A stretch of DNA of 64,000 nucleotides from the NCBI GenBank assembly GCA_963708185.1, contig OY970195.1, forward strand, positions 960,001 to 1,024,000, read 5' to 3'. Below, one piece after another: positions 38,782 to 49,608 of the stretch. Both the position numbers and the translations under genes were made by a program. The stretch comes from Candidatus Peregrinibacteria bacterium. Its GTDB lineage: Bacteria; Patescibacteriota; Gracilibacteria; UBA1369. The notes under the pieces were generated by a model. The model had not been told where the DNA came from. It did not search any database and worked only from the letters and a program-made list of their open reading frames with translations. Numbering within the stretch: position 1 is the stretch's first letter; the number at the start of each line of letters is the position of its first letter.

Positions 38782-40008
38782 TTATTGCTGAATAACGTAT
38801 TGGAGCAAGCCGGCTTCCTGGGGGTTTTTGACTTCAAGAACCTGCTTGAAAGTTCCGGAGTATCCTTCCGCGGTAATCGTTTGAGATGTATCAGTGGGTG
38901 CTGAAGGAAGCGTTGAATCCGTTATGATTTGGTATTCAAGATAAGGTATTTTGCCTGCGCCGTACTCATCGAGGCTGTGGATAGCCGAAAGCTTAAATAC
39001 CGGTTTTGTGATGCCCTGTGCGCTCCAATTTGGTGCAGGAGGACAGCCGAATGTTATGCTATCAACGTTCGTTAAAAATTTGATGATCGATCCTCTACAG
39101 TTTTGAAGATCTAATCCGAAACTAGATTGTGATACGACGCTAAAACCCGCCCCTTCAGCATTGTTAATCTTGCCCTCGTGGATGACTGATGTGTTTAAAT
39201 TCCAAGCTGGTGGAATTGCTACAGCGTTAAATGAAAAATACGGTCCCAATGCATAGTTCTTACTCCCATCCGATGATTCTCCCGTAATCTGCCAGGAAAC
39301 GATGGGGTCGTCATGATTATATTTCGGATCACCATTTGACGTGTCTAAATTCGGACGAGGGCTGCAGATAATATTCCCGTCTGTACATCCCGTTCTTACT
39401 CTTAAGGTAAAAGTCTGGCTTTGAGAGTTGAAAATGTTATGTGGGCCAGTTGCATCGGTATAGTAGAGCGGGATTGCGACGCTTTCGCCGACTTTGAGCT
39501 TGTTCCAGTTGCAGGGGTTGTCTTTTGGATCGGCGTATTGCACGGAGGTTCCGCCCGGGTCGGAGGAGTACACCAGTTTTGTATCGGGGTCGTACCAAAA
39601 AGGATCTTTTGTATCCGGATTGAGCGCGTCGCAGTTGGCGCCTATGTCGCCTGTTCCAGGTGTGGGGATGCCGTAACTGCCGTCCAAATATTTGGTGCTG
39701 ACCGGCACCTGTCCCGAAATGCTGTAGTTTGAGGTCGGCTGCTTGGTTGATACTGTGGTTGTGCCAACGGTGTAGCCCGCTCCCTGATTCTGATTGGCCA
39801 GAAGCCCTTCTTCGAGAGCTCCTTCCGCGGCATAATACGCCTGGTTGGCGCCGGTGACGTTGGCGGATTCACGGATCGAGGAGACCACGACCGTGGTCAC
39901 GCCCAAAGAGACCAGCACGATGATGGTGGTGAGTCCGAGCGCTACCAGCAGCGATGTTCCCGGCTTGGTTGAACGCGCAAATTTTCGGAGGAAATTTTTA
40001 TAAGGCAT
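38782..40008 (-). CDS. PilX-like type IV pilus minor pilin
   Basis: K-P-G|TSLLVAL hydrophobic N-terminal helix followed by QAYYAAEGALEEGL. Confidence 0.7.
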   Translation of the reverse strand: MPYKNFLRKFARSTKPGTSLLVALGLTTIIVLVSLGVTTVVVSSIRESANVTGANQAYYAAEGALEEGLLANQNQGAGYTVGTTTVSTKQPTSNYSISGQVPVSTKYLDGSYGIPTPGTGDIGANCDALNPDTKDPFWYDPDTKLVYSSDPGGTSVQYADPKDNPCNWNKLKVGESVAIPLYYTDATGPHNIFNSQSQTFTLRVRTGCTDGNIICSPRPNLDTSNGDPKYNHDDPIVSWQITGESSDGSKNYALGPYFSFNAVAIPPAWNLNTSVIHEGKINNAEGAGFSVVSQSSFGLDLQNCRGSIIKFLTNVDSITFGCPPAPNWSAQGITKPVFKLSAIHSLDEYGAGKIPYLEYQIITDSTLPSAPTDTSQTITAEGYSGTFKQVLEVKNPQEAGLLQYVIQQ

Positions 40009-40145
40009 ATGTTTTTGATTTGGGGTTTGATTTGAGGCCTGCAGCTTGAGCTTTCTTGTTCTTCAGGCTTTTTTATATTTTACCATAATTATTTTTGGTT
40101 GTCTATACATTAGCTCAAAATAACTCCTTCCGCTTCCCTTATTGA

Positions 40146-40207
40146 AGAACCCCGGGGTCAACAAAACTGGCGCTTTTTTCAGGCGTCTTTTCTGTGACCC
40201 CGGGTTC
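40146..40207. terminator. Long stem-loop downstream of the M23 gene
   Basis: GAACCCCGGGGTCA ... TGACCCCGGGTTC arms enclosing an inner GGCGC/GGCGTC stem. Confidence 0.45.
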
Positions 40208-40231
40208 AAGGTTAAGACCCGCTGGCTCCCG

Positions 40232-42612
40232 TCACTGACATTCCTTGCGGATGGTCACGGTGCCGGTCGAATACATACACGAAGACTGGGAACACGAAGC
40301 CGGCGAGAGGACCTCGCCCTCACCCCCGCTCCATTCACGGAACCGTAACCGCTGATGTAGGAAACCGAAAACGTCCTCCACGGCGTACAGGTGTCACCGG
40401 AATTTCCGGTGTAGGTGTCGCCGAGTTGAGGGGTGTGGTTGTCGTCGGTAAGGATGGTTTTGTAGCTGTTGCTAAAACTTCCTCCCTGCTTGCAGACATT
40501 GTACTTCCAGGTGGAACCCGAAACCTGTTGTACAGCGATGCAAAGCGTTGGACCATTGGGGTTGGTGTAGCAAGCGGGGCTGCTGCTTGCCAAAAACACG
40601 TCCTGGCACTGTTGCTGGGGCGGGACGGAGCATGTACTCCAGCCGCTCCAAAAACAGCTGCTCTGACAGGTTCGGGTTTGGGTTCCGTTCGTGTTGCAGG
40701 ACTGGTTCTGGGTCTGACCGGGGGGGCAAACGCCCTGATTGAGGCATGAGCTCCACTGGCCGTTCTGGTTACACGTAGCAGTCCCGCAGTTCCCGCAGAC
40801 AGCGGTTTGGCCTGCGCTGCAGACGGGTGGCGATCCTCCGGTTCCTGAACCGCTCCCGTTGCCGGATGAACCGCCCGACCCCCCGCTACCACCGGAACCG
40901 CTGCTTCCCGGGGTCCCTCCGCTGCCTGAGCTTCCGCCCGATCCGCTGGTATCCAGATAGCAGGTCCCCGTTTGGATGTCGCAGAGCGTTCCCGGTCCGC
41001 AATATCCGCCGCAGGGGTCGTTGTTTCCACTTCCGGACGATCCCGCGCCGCCTCCGGTTCCGCCGCTGCTTGCGGTCCCACCAGAACCAGTGGAGTTGCC
41101 GCTTCCTGCACTTCCGCCGGTTCCTTGATCTCCCCCTTCGTAACCGCCGCCTGCGGGGCAGACGTTGGTTTCGCTGGGGATGCAAGCCGGGACTTCGTAG
41201 CACTGGCTCGTTGCGGGATCACAAAAGAAACCTTCGGGACAGGACAGGTAACTGCACGGACCCAAGGCTTCATCATCAATCTGCCGGGCTCCTTCACTGA
41301 TCCATTTGGCGATCTCCTCCCGTTTGATGGGGTTGTTGGGGTAAAAATCCGACTGCACTTGGACGAGCCCTTTTTGCGCACCATAGTACACAAAGGGAGC
41401 ATACCAGTCGCCGGGGTTCACGTCCTGGAACTGGCCCAGGAGTTGCGTTGCTGCGGCCTTCTGAGCCTTCCAGATGAAGTTATCGTAGAGTTCGAGAAAC
41501 TCCGCGGAATGGAAGCTGAGGATGACCATTTTGAGGGCCTGGGCTCGGGTAACCGGATCGTCGGGATGGAAGTAACGGAGCCCTCCAATCACACTCGCAT
41601 CCCTGTTGATGACCGGATACCTGGAAGGGTAAACGGCGAGGGCTTCGATATACGGCTCATCGGAATCGGCTGCCGGAACATCCGTGAACGTGGGGAGAGC
41701 GGGCACTGCGTCATACTGCCGAGCTGCAATCTTCAGCCACCGGGCCGCTTCCCTGCGCGTGACGTTTTGACCTGCGCCGTAGCGCCCGTCAAACAGTCCA
41801 AACTCGATACCGCGGTGGCGGACGTCGAGCACGTAGGGCAGTGACCAGGCATAATCCGGCAAATTCCCGCCAAACTGGTAGTCGCTGAACGTGTCTTCGA
41901 GAACACCTTCCGGATCGAGATTCTTGGCGATCTTGCTGTCATCGCCGAAGGTGTAGCCATATCCAAGAACGGCAAGGACGCCGCTTTGCATGGCCTTCTT
42001 CAGCTCCTTGAGGTTCTTCCAGCGGCGAATACCGAAATGAAGATGGGTACCCGTCACATTGCCGGTGTTTCCTTCCTTTCCGATGACGTCACCGGTATTC
42101 ACGGTCTCACAGGCGTTGAACTTCCGACTGGTTTTGTTCGTCGACGTGTCGTAGTGCATGTGGTGATAGTGGTAGGTGATGATTTCGTCGGAAAAGGCGT
42201 TGGCGCGGGTGGCAATGACGATGGTTTCACCCCACTTGTGAGAGTCGTCCTGGCCCAATGACATGACGACAAATCCATCCTGAACCGACGTAATGTCATT
42301 GATGCCCGGGGTGTGACTGGAATTGACCAGATCCAATCCATCATGGCCGTAGAGCCATTTCCCGTTGGACGAGTAGCCCTCGTCATAGGAGGTATCGTAC
42401 CCCTGACTGACCTCATGCGGAGAGAAGGGCTGTTGCATGTTTTCCACCAGCCTCTCCACGACAGGGATGTCGGTAAGATTTATAGTGGTGCACATACCGC
42501 TCGTGATGAACTTTTCCATTCCTCCGTCACCCGCGTTCGCCGTAGAGGCGAACGCGGCCAAGGACATGGTCGCCAAAACAAGCAGCAACTTGAAAAGTCG
42601 ATGCGCTTTCAT
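40232..42612 (-). CDS. Secreted M23 peptidase with SLH domains, Gly/Ser-rich linkers and Cys-rich repeats (probable one-base deletion near 40313)
   Basis: Signal peptide, HDGLD, YHHM, GNTGNVTGTHLHFG; SLH motifs (FTDVP, VTRAQALKM, FQDVNPGDWYAPFV..IKREEIAK); CGNCGTATC..W..C repeats. Track ORF ends at 40255; a shifted frame gives the better ending EVLSPASCSQSSCMYSTGTVTIRKECQ* at 40232. Confidence 0.8.
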
Positions 42613-42633
42613 CTTGAACTCCTTTCACCAGTA

Positions 42634-43263
42634 CTACTGGCTGATCTTGAGGGTGTTGATGATCCTGGTAAGTTCCGCGGTGTAAAGATCACCGCGATCT
42701 CCAAGCAGGAACGTCACCAGGTAGCCGTCCTTGCTGAAATCAATCTCCGTTTCCCAGTATGGACCGGGGGCCTCCACATCGATCTTGTCCATTGCCATGT
42801 AGATCGTTGTACCTGAGATCTCCATCTCTTTATACTCGGGGGTCGCCAGGCAATCACCGCCCATATTGGTACACTCCTGCTTCCACGTGGCGAAACGGTT
42901 GCTTGCCTCGTTCTTGGCGTCGGCGTCGGTTCCGGGATGAATCTCCGGTTCGAGTTTGACGAATGCGTTGTCACCAACTTTGGAAGCATGGTGCCAAATT
43001 GCGACGAGATCCTGCGGGGTGTCGAGCCACTCCCACCCGTCGGGCAGGTCGTAGCTCACGTTGAGCGCCTGTTGGGTCGCTGGCGGTTGACTGTCGCCGG
43101 AAGACTGGTTTCCGCCTTTCTGTTGAGATCCTCCGGTTCCCTGTTGGGTTCCCGGCGGCATGTAGGGCGTATTGGGTGAGGAGTCGCATCCCGCCATGAG
43201 CATGACGAAAAGTACCGCAAAGCACACCGCTGCGCGGTTCAAAATTTTTACGAACGTATTCAT
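42634..43263 (-). CDS. Putative lipoprotein, co-transcribed with the M23 gene
   Basis: FVMLMAG-C lipobox; GGAG Shine-Dalgarno before the ATG at 43263. Confidence 0.7.
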   Translation of the reverse strand: MNTFVKILNRAAVCFAVLFVMLMAGCDSSPNTPYMPPGTQQGTGGSQQKGGNQSSGDSQPPATQQALNVSYDLPDGWEWLDTPQDLVAIWHHASKVGDNAFVKLEPEIHPGTDADAKNEASNRFATWKQECTNMGGDCLATPEYKEMEISGTTIYMAMDKIDVEAPGPYWETEIDFSKDGYLVTFLLGDRGDLYTAELTRIINTLKISQ

Positions 43264-43517
43264 GTGGTTCTCCATGGATGTTTGAGTTAGCGTGTTAAGA
43301 ATAGCCCGACTTCTTGCAAAGTGGAATTTTTGTTTACGGTTTGTGTATGCGTCTTCGTTGATTTTAAGGATCGCTCGTTGATCGCTGCTGTTTTGGCAAG
43401 ATCAACAAGACGGCCTCATCATAAGCGAACAGTGATGATCGAATTCTCAACGAATTCTAAAAAAATTGACTTCAATTTTGTTTGGGTGTAATTATTTATT
43501 TTCCGTAACCTTTCGCC

Positions 43518-43949
43518 ATGAAGGCTGTCATTTTTGATTTTAACCGGACGCTTTATGATCCGGAACAGGGGTCTTTCATCCAGGGGGCCGTCGCCTCACT
43601 GGAAAAGTTGAAACGTGACGGTTGTCTTTTGTTTCTTGTTGGCAAGGGCACCAATGAAAGAGCCAATCTTATCAATGAACTGGGGCTTCATCGCTATTTT
43701 GACAAAATCATCGTCAAAAAAGAAAAAGAGGTTGATGATTTCAAATATCTGAAAAAGAAATATCCCGACGCCGATTTTTATGTTTTCGGCGACCGCGTGA
43801 GAAAGGAGATCAAGTTCGGCAATGCATGCGGTTTCAAGACGATCTGGTTCAAAAGCGGTAAATTTGCAGACGAAGTTGCGGAAACCAACGATGAAAAACC
43901 ATGGAAAACCATTGAAAGTTATGATGAGCTGGAAGAAGCTCTGGAGTGA
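43518..43949 (+). CDS. HAD-superfamily hydrolase (capless)
   Basis: AVIFDFNRTL motif I, FGDR...EI..G...GFKTIW. Confidence 0.8.
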   Translation: MKAVIFDFNRTLYDPEQGSFIQGAVASLEKLKRDGCLLFLVGKGTNERANLINELGLHRYFDKIIVKKEKEVDDFKYLKKKYPDADFYVFGDRVRKEIKFGNACGFKTIWFKSGKFADEVAETNDEKPWKTIESYDELEEALE

Positions 43950-43952
43950 TTT

Positions 43953-45062
43953 TTAGGGTTTTTTATGCCCTTCGAACACCTCCAGGGCGGCCTTGGCAGA
44001 GGCCTTCCAGGTGAACTTTTCTGCGCGGCGCAAGCCGCGTTCAATCAACATGTTTCTGATCTGATCGTTCTCGATCAAACTGACGACGGAATCGGCGATT
44101 TTGCGGGCGTTTTTGGGGTCGATGAGTATTCCGGCGTCTCCGATGACTTCGGGCAAACTGGCCACGTTGGAAGACACGACGGGGCATCCGCAGGCCATGG
44201 CTTCGAGCGGGGGTATTCCAAATCCTTCATAGAGTGAAGGAAAGACGAAAACGGTGGCGCAGGCGTACATTTTCTTGAGGTCCTCGGCTTCAAGGTAGCC
44301 GGGAAAAATGACGTCGTTTTGAAGCTTGAACTCCTTGAGGCGTTGTTCGATGTGCTCGTATTTCCATCCCTTTTTGCCGACGATGACGAGCTTGGAGTCC
44401 GGCAGTTTGCTTTTAATGAGGACAAAACTTTTGATAAGTGTCCCGAAGTTTTTGCGCGGCTCCAGCGTTCCTACGGCCAATATGAATTGATCAGGCAGTT
44501 TGTATTTCTGGCGAAACTTGGCTAATTCTTCCTGTTTTACGGGTTCTTTATAAAAATCGGACGGAGCGCATGGGACCAGATGAACGCGCGCCGCAGGATA
44601 CTTGAAACGCTTGAGGAGGTCTTTTTTGGTGTTCTCGGACACCACGAAAATCTGCGACGCTTTTTTGACGGCGCGGCGCAATGTCAGCCTTTCGATGACA
44701 ACAGCTTTGGCGTTGTGATGTCTCGGAAAAAGGAAAGCCACGAGGTCGTGGACGGTGATGATGACCTTGAGCCACTTCGGAGCCATGGATGGAATGATGT
44801 AGCTTGTAGGGGCGAAGAAGAGGTCTGGCTTGTCCGCCTTGAGGTCCTTGAGCACGTTGAGATGCCACTTGAAGCCTTTGCCGCGGATATGCTTTTCCCG
44901 GGCGTTTTTGAACTCTTTGAAGGGATTTTTTTCGCTATCGGAATAAAGGGTATATTCGTTTTTGGAATCGAGCTTGAGGAGTTCGAGCACGAGGTTATAG
45001 GTGTACCATCCCTTGCCGGTTTTTTCAGCTCCGGCTTCACGGATGTCGATGGCTATTTTCAT
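43953..45062 (-). CDS. GT4-family glycosyltransferase
   Basis: [37 protein letters not shown]. Confidence 0.93.
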   Translation of the reverse strand: MKIAIDIREAGAEKTGKGWYTYNLVLELLKLDSKNEYTLYSDSEKNPFKEFKNAREKHIRGKGFKWHLNVLKDLKADKPDLFFAPTSYIIPSMAPKWLKVIITVHDLVAFLFPRHHNAKAVVIERLTLRRAVKKASQIFVVSENTKKDLLKRFKYPAARVHLVPCAPSDFYKEPVKQEELAKFRQKYKLPDQFILAVGTLEPRKNFGTLIKSFVLIKSKLPDSKLVIVGKKGWKYEHIEQRLKEFKLQNDVIFPGYLEAEDLKKMYACATVFVFPSLYEGFGIPPLEAMACGCPVVSSNVASLPEVIGDAGILIDPKNARKIADSVVSLIENDQIRNMLIERGLRRAEKFTWKASAKAALEVFEGHKKP

Positions 45063-45217
45063 CGGAAAATTTTCATATTTGGAGTTAAGCTGGCCAATAT
45101 TAATCGAAAATCTTTCTATTTACAATACTGGGCCGTTTGTTCCTCCAATCCAAACTTCCGTTTACAAAAAGGAGTTTGCTGTTCTATAGTGAGCTCAGGT
45201 TATTTAAGCTTACAATT

Positions 45218-45967
45218 ATGCCAAATCCACGACTCGCTCAAATCATCGCAAAGCTCCCGTTTGAGAGGAAACTTGTCGGTATTGGTTCGATTTTGATGGT
45301 TGTTTCGCTGTTTTTCCCCTGGTACCAGGACATCGATTCTTTCCATACCGGTGACACTTTTACCGGCCTGACCGGGCCGCTGTATTTTGCCGGATTCACG
45401 TTCCTGGTGCTTGCTTCGATCTCCATTCTGATGATGGTGATGGATTATCTGGACCGACAGATCCCCATCTTTAAAATGAAAACTTCCAAGTTTCATTTGT
45501 GGACCGGCGTCTTTTCTTTTTACATGCTCTTTTTGATCGGATCGGTGTATTTTCATCCGGCCTTCGGCGTGAATATCACGCTCAAACAGTCGGGGTTCGG
45601 CATGTTCACGGCCTATGCTGCTGCGGCGTTGATGACGATTGGCGGATACATGGAAGGCCGCGGCAAGGCTGCGATCAAAGCTTTTGAAAAAGAGACGCGC
45701 GAAGAACCGGTCAAGGAGCAGGAAGTTACACCACGCGTCGTTGAAACGAAGGTCGTCCATCCCATGATTGAACGAAAGCCCCGCGAAAGTCTCCGCAACA
45801 TGAAACCTGTCCAGCCGGAAACTCCCCAGCAACCGGCCATGGATCTCGGAAACGCCGAACAGACGCCTGTTCATGCACAACCGGCCGCTGCGCCCGCGCA
45901 AGCCGCTGCAAAGCCGGCGGAACCTCAAAAAGAAAGCCATGTTCAACCTTACCGCATGGACCTTTAG
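45218..45967 (+). CDS. Hypothetical membrane protein (4 TM plus disordered tail)
   Basis: SLFFPWY motif, hydrophobic helices, Pro/Gln/Glu-rich tail. Confidence 0.7.
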   Translation: MPNPRLAQIIAKLPFERKLVGIGSILMVVSLFFPWYQDIDSFHTGDTFTGLTGPLYFAGFTFLVLASISILMMVMDYLDRQIPIFKMKTSKFHLWTGVFSFYMLFLIGSVYFHPAFGVNITLKQSGFGMFTAYAAAALMTIGGYMEGRGKAAIKAFEKETREEPVKEQEVTPRVVETKVVHPMIERKPRESLRNMKPVQPETPQQPAMDLGNAEQTPVHAQPAAAPAQAAAKPAEPQKESHVQPYRMDL

Positions 45968-45978
45968 CATAAACTTTT

Positions 45979-46239
45979 ATGATCCCAGGGAAAATTTACG
46001 TCGACAACAAACTTCCTCCTGAACTGGTTTTTTACTGCAAGGACTGCAGGAAAATCGTTGAAACTACGCCCGTCGGGAAAAAGTTCGTCTACACATGCAA
46101 TATTTGCAAAACGAAAAATGTTGCCTTTGGAACGGTCAAAAGCATCAAGAATTTTTATCGTGTTCCTGAAGAAAACCAGGAAGCTCCAACTTTTAGCGAA
46201 GCTGAGAAGAAAGCCATGGATGCGGATAAGTTGATGTAA
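45979..46239 (+). CDS. Small zinc-ribbon protein
   Basis: CKDC...CNIC. Confidence 0.7.
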   Translation: MIPGKIYVDNKLPPELVFYCKDCRKIVETTPVGKKFVYTCNICKTKNVAFGTVKSIKNFYRVPEENQEAPTFSEAEKKAMDADKLM

Positions 46240-46280
46240 CGTTCAAGAGCGGTTATACTGGCCGCCTCTAACAAACATTT

Positions 46281-46814
46281 ATGAAGAATATTTCACGGTT
46301 ATTTTTGCTGACAGGCGTTGCCATGTTTACGCTTACAGCGTGCGGGACGAAAACTCCGACCACGACCGAGAGTCAGACCCAGCAGTCAACGCAACAAAGC
46401 ACCCCGACATCGGTCATCGGAGGATTGGATCAGAGCGTCGCGTTTGCGCCGCCAAGCTATCGCTCAACGGAGACTGCTTCGTCGGACTCAGCGGCCAAAA
46501 ACTCGAGCTCAGCAGGATCTTCAACTTTCATGTACGAAGGTGGCTCCGGTCCAAGCGAAACCTACCACGTTCAAAGCAGTGACGGCAGCGACTATGCCGT
46601 GACGTTGAATCCGGTGAGTTCGGAAGCCACGCCGCAGGGGACCACCACGATGACCTATGACGTGGCCGTGCAAAACGTCTCTTCTACAAGTGCAGGAACG
46701 GCTCCCATTTTCCACGGAGTTGTTCCGTCATATCAAAATGCATACCGGGCTTCGTATCTGGCCGGGCCGGTGTTCCACGGAGCCGTTCCGATCTTCCACG
46801 GTGTCGTGCGGTAG
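46281..46814 (+). CDS. Lipoprotein with C-terminal P[IV]FHG[VA]V repeats
   Basis: LTA-C lipobox; Ser/Thr-rich; three PxFHGxV motifs. Confidence 0.7.
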   Translation: MKNISRLFLLTGVAMFTLTACGTKTPTTTESQTQQSTQQSTPTSVIGGLDQSVAFAPPSYRSTETASSDSAAKNSSSAGSSTFMYEGGSGPSETYHVQSSDGSDYAVTLNPVSSEATPQGTTTMTYDVAVQNVSSTSAGTAPIFHGVVPSYQNAYRASYLAGPVFHGAVPIFHGVVR

Positions 46815-46823
46815 TTCGATGTT

Positions 46824-47231
46824 TCAATGAAGCGTCGGCAGTTTGGCCGCGGTGACGCGCTGGATGAATTCGTAATCGTGGCGCCAGAATGCGTTTTCCA
46901 GGACGGCAACCAGCGCACGTTCCTTGGAAACGAAATGGAGAAAACATTCGTCTTGTTCCGCTTCTTCGTCGGAAATGACGATGCCTTTTTCACGTAAAAT
47001 CCTCCGGATATTGTCGGTAACCCTTTCCATGGCGAAAGATACGGTGCAGACGTAAAGTCCGGCCTGGCTAAGGTTCGGAAGCCGGTGATCGTAGGTAATG
47101 GAAACGGCAAGCTTCTCATCACGGAGAACGGCAAGGAGGGAGCATTTCACTTCTTCCGGCATATTCGCATCCATGACGATGTTCTCTTTTTCGACGATGG
47201 AGAGCTTTTTTTCGGGTCCTTCGAGCGACAT
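46824..47231 (-). CDS. Hypothetical protein
   Basis: 135-aa ATG-start ORF filling the gap downstream of pcrA. Confidence 0.55.
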   Translation of the reverse strand: MSLEGPEKKLSIVEKENIVMDANMPEEVKCSLLAVLRDEKLAVSITYDHRLPNLSQAGLYVCTVSFAMERVTDNIRRILREKGIVISDEEAEQDECFLHFVSKERALVAVLENAFWRHDYEFIQRVTAAKLPTLH

Positions 47232-47290
47232 GGCAAAATATTACAAAATGGAAGGTTTGCCATATTAAAATATTACTCTTAAAATGTCAA

Positions 47291-49504
47291 TTACTCTACT
47301 TTTTTGAGCGGGGCGATGGAAAGTGCCAGCTTCTTGATGCCGTATTTGGGGTTCTTGAAGCAGACGGTGGCCACGCCGCCCTTCACCGAAACAATGACAC
47401 CATCACCAAAAGACTGATGATAAACCTTGTCCCCGTCAGAGAATTCAGGGGTAAAGTCGGGCGGCTCCACGGGGATGGGACTCCCGCCGATTTCGCCGGC
47501 GCTGAGCGAGCGGTGTTTTTGCTTTTCGGGTTTGTCCATGACCTCCTCGGGAATGTCGTCGAGGAACTGCGACGGGGCGCTGGACTGGACTTCACCGTAG
47601 AGCATGCGGTTTTTGGCGTGCGTCATGTAGAGCTTGTCCTTGGCGCGGGTAATCGCAACGTACATGAGGCGACGTTCTTCTTCGAGCTCGTCGCGTTCCA
47701 AAAGACTGCGTGAATGCGGAAAAATTCCTTCTTCCAGTCCGGCAAGAAACACCACCGGGAACTCGAGTCCCTTGGCGGAATGGATCGTCATGAACGTTAC
47801 GGCGTTGTCCTGTTCGCTCATGGTGTCGATGTCGGCGATGAGTGAAATTTCCTCGAGAAAAATATTGAGGGAAAGCCCCGCCTCGAGATTGTTGTACTTG
47901 GAAGCCACGCTGACAAGTTCGTAAATGTTCTCGACGCGCGCATCTCCTTCCGAGGTGTTGTCATCGACCATCTGCTTGTAGCCCGTGTACTCAAGGACGT
48001 GTTTAATGAGTCCTGAAGCCGGGAATTCGTGGTTGATCTTCTGAAGTTTCTTGATGAGTTCGACGAACTTTCTGATGACGGTGATTTTTGTTCCGGCAAG
48101 TTCAAGGTCAGCGACGTATGGATTTCCCGGTGACTCTTTTTCCGCTTTTTCAGCTTCATCCGCAATTTTTTCCATGGCCTGATAGATGGAAAGTCCGTTC
48201 TGGATCGAGTACTGCTGGAGTGTTTCGATGGTTTTGGCTCCAATTTTTCTGGCAGGAGTATTGATGATTCTCAGCAGGCTCACCGAATCGTTGGGGTTCT
48301 GGATAAGCCGCAAATAGGCCACGATGTCCTTGATCTCCTTGCGTTCGTAGAAGCGGATGCCGCCCACAATTTTGTAAGGAATGCCATAGCGGAGGAACAC
48401 TTCTTCCAGCACGCGCGACTGGGCGTTGGTGCGGTACAAGATGACGAAATCACGGTAGTCGGGAGTTTCATGAGCCTTGAGTTTCTCCAGGATTTCCTGG
48501 GCAATGAACTCCCCCTCGGCACGTTCATTTTCCATGGGGCGGAGCGTGATTTTTTCACCGTCTTCGCGCTCGGTCCAGAGTTTTTTGTCCTTGCGTTTGG
48601 AGTTTTTCACGATGATGTTGTGGGCCGCGTCGAGGATGTTTTGACTGGAACGGTAGTTCTGTTCGAGCATGATGGTGACGGCATCCGGATAATCTTTTTC
48701 AAAATTCAAAATGTTGGTGATGTTGGCCCCGCGGAAGCTGTAAATGCTCTGGTCGGAATCGCCGATGACGCAGAGGTTACGGTATTTTTCGGCGAGCATG
48801 TTCGTAAGTACGTACTGGGCGTGGTTGGTGTCCTGGTACTCATCAACGGAAATGAACTGGAATTTTTCCTGGAATTTGTCGAGAACGTTCTGGTGCTGTT
48901 TGAAGAGCTCCACGGTCTTCATGATGATGTCGTCAAAGTCGAGGGCGCTGTTTTTCTGGAGCCGCTCCTGATATTTTTCATAGACCTCGGCCACGCGTTC
49001 AGTGAAGAAATTGTTGGCATATTGGTGGTACTGTGTTGGTCCGATGAGCTGATTCTTGGCTCCGGAAATGTAGTGAAGGATGGCGCGGGGATTGGTCTGT
49101 TTTTCGTCAATGTTGAGATCTTTGAGGATCTGTTTGACGAGGATCTGCTGGTCCGCGGTGTCGTAAATGGTGAAAGCGTTTTCATACCCCAGAAGATGAA
49201 TGTTTTTGCGGAGCATGCGCACGCAGGTGGCGTGGAACGTTCCGAGCGCGGGGAGGTCGGCCTCGTCCTCTTTGTTGAGGAGTTTGATGACACGCTTTTT
49301 CATTTCCTGGGCCGCTTTGTTGGTAAAGGTCACCGCCAAGATATTCCAGGGATGAACGTTTTTTTCCTGGATCATGTAGGCGATGCGGTGGGTCAACGCC
49401 CTGGTTTTTCCCGATCCCGCTCCCGCAAGCACAAGCACAGGACCGTGCGTCGCCTTTACGGCCTCCTGCTGTTTAGGGTTCAAATTTTGAAGAATGTCTG
49501 ACAC
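47291..49504 (-). CDS. pcrA: ATP-dependent DNA helicase PcrA/UvrD
   Basis: AGAGSGKT, VTFTNKAA, VDEYQDTN, GDSDQSIYSFRGA, EQNYRS, TIHSAKGLEFP, EERRLMYVAITRA. Confidence 0.97.
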   Translation of the reverse strand: MSDILQNLNPKQQEAVKATHGPVLVLAGAGSGKTRALTHRIAYMIQEKNVHPWNILAVTFTNKAAQEMKKRVIKLLNKEDEADLPALGTFHATCVRMLRKNIHLLGYENAFTIYDTADQQILVKQILKDLNIDEKQTNPRAILHYISGAKNQLIGPTQYHQYANNFFTERVAEVYEKYQERLQKNSALDFDDIIMKTVELFKQHQNVLDKFQEKFQFISVDEYQDTNHAQYVLTNMLAEKYRNLCVIGDSDQSIYSFRGANITNILNFEKDYPDAVTIMLEQNYRSSQNILDAAHNIIVKNSKRKDKKLWTEREDGEKITLRPMENERAEGEFIAQEILEKLKAHETPDYRDFVILYRTNAQSRVLEEVFLRYGIPYKIVGGIRFYERKEIKDIVAYLRLIQNPNDSVSLLRIINTPARKIGAKTIETLQQYSIQNGLSIYQAMEKIADEAEKAEKESPGNPYVADLELAGTKITVIRKFVELIKKLQKINHEFPASGLIKHVLEYTGYKQMVDDNTSEGDARVENIYELVSVASKYNNLEAGLSLNIFLEEISLIADIDTMSEQDNAVTFMTIHSAKGLEFPVVFLAGLEEGIFPHSRSLLERDELEEERRLMYVAITRAKDKLYMTHAKNRMLYGEVQSSAPSQFLDDIPEEVMDKPEKQKHRSLSAGEIGGSPIPVEPPDFTPEFSDGDKVYHQSFGDGVIVSVKGGVATVCFKNPKYGIKKLALSIAPLKKVE

Positions 49505-49608
49505 TGTTGCGGTTTCTTATGAGATTTTGCTGGAAATTTTACTTGACAAGTATGGGTAAATTATTATATCTTAATCTCCTTATTTTTCAATACCTTTATT
49601 TACCCTGT

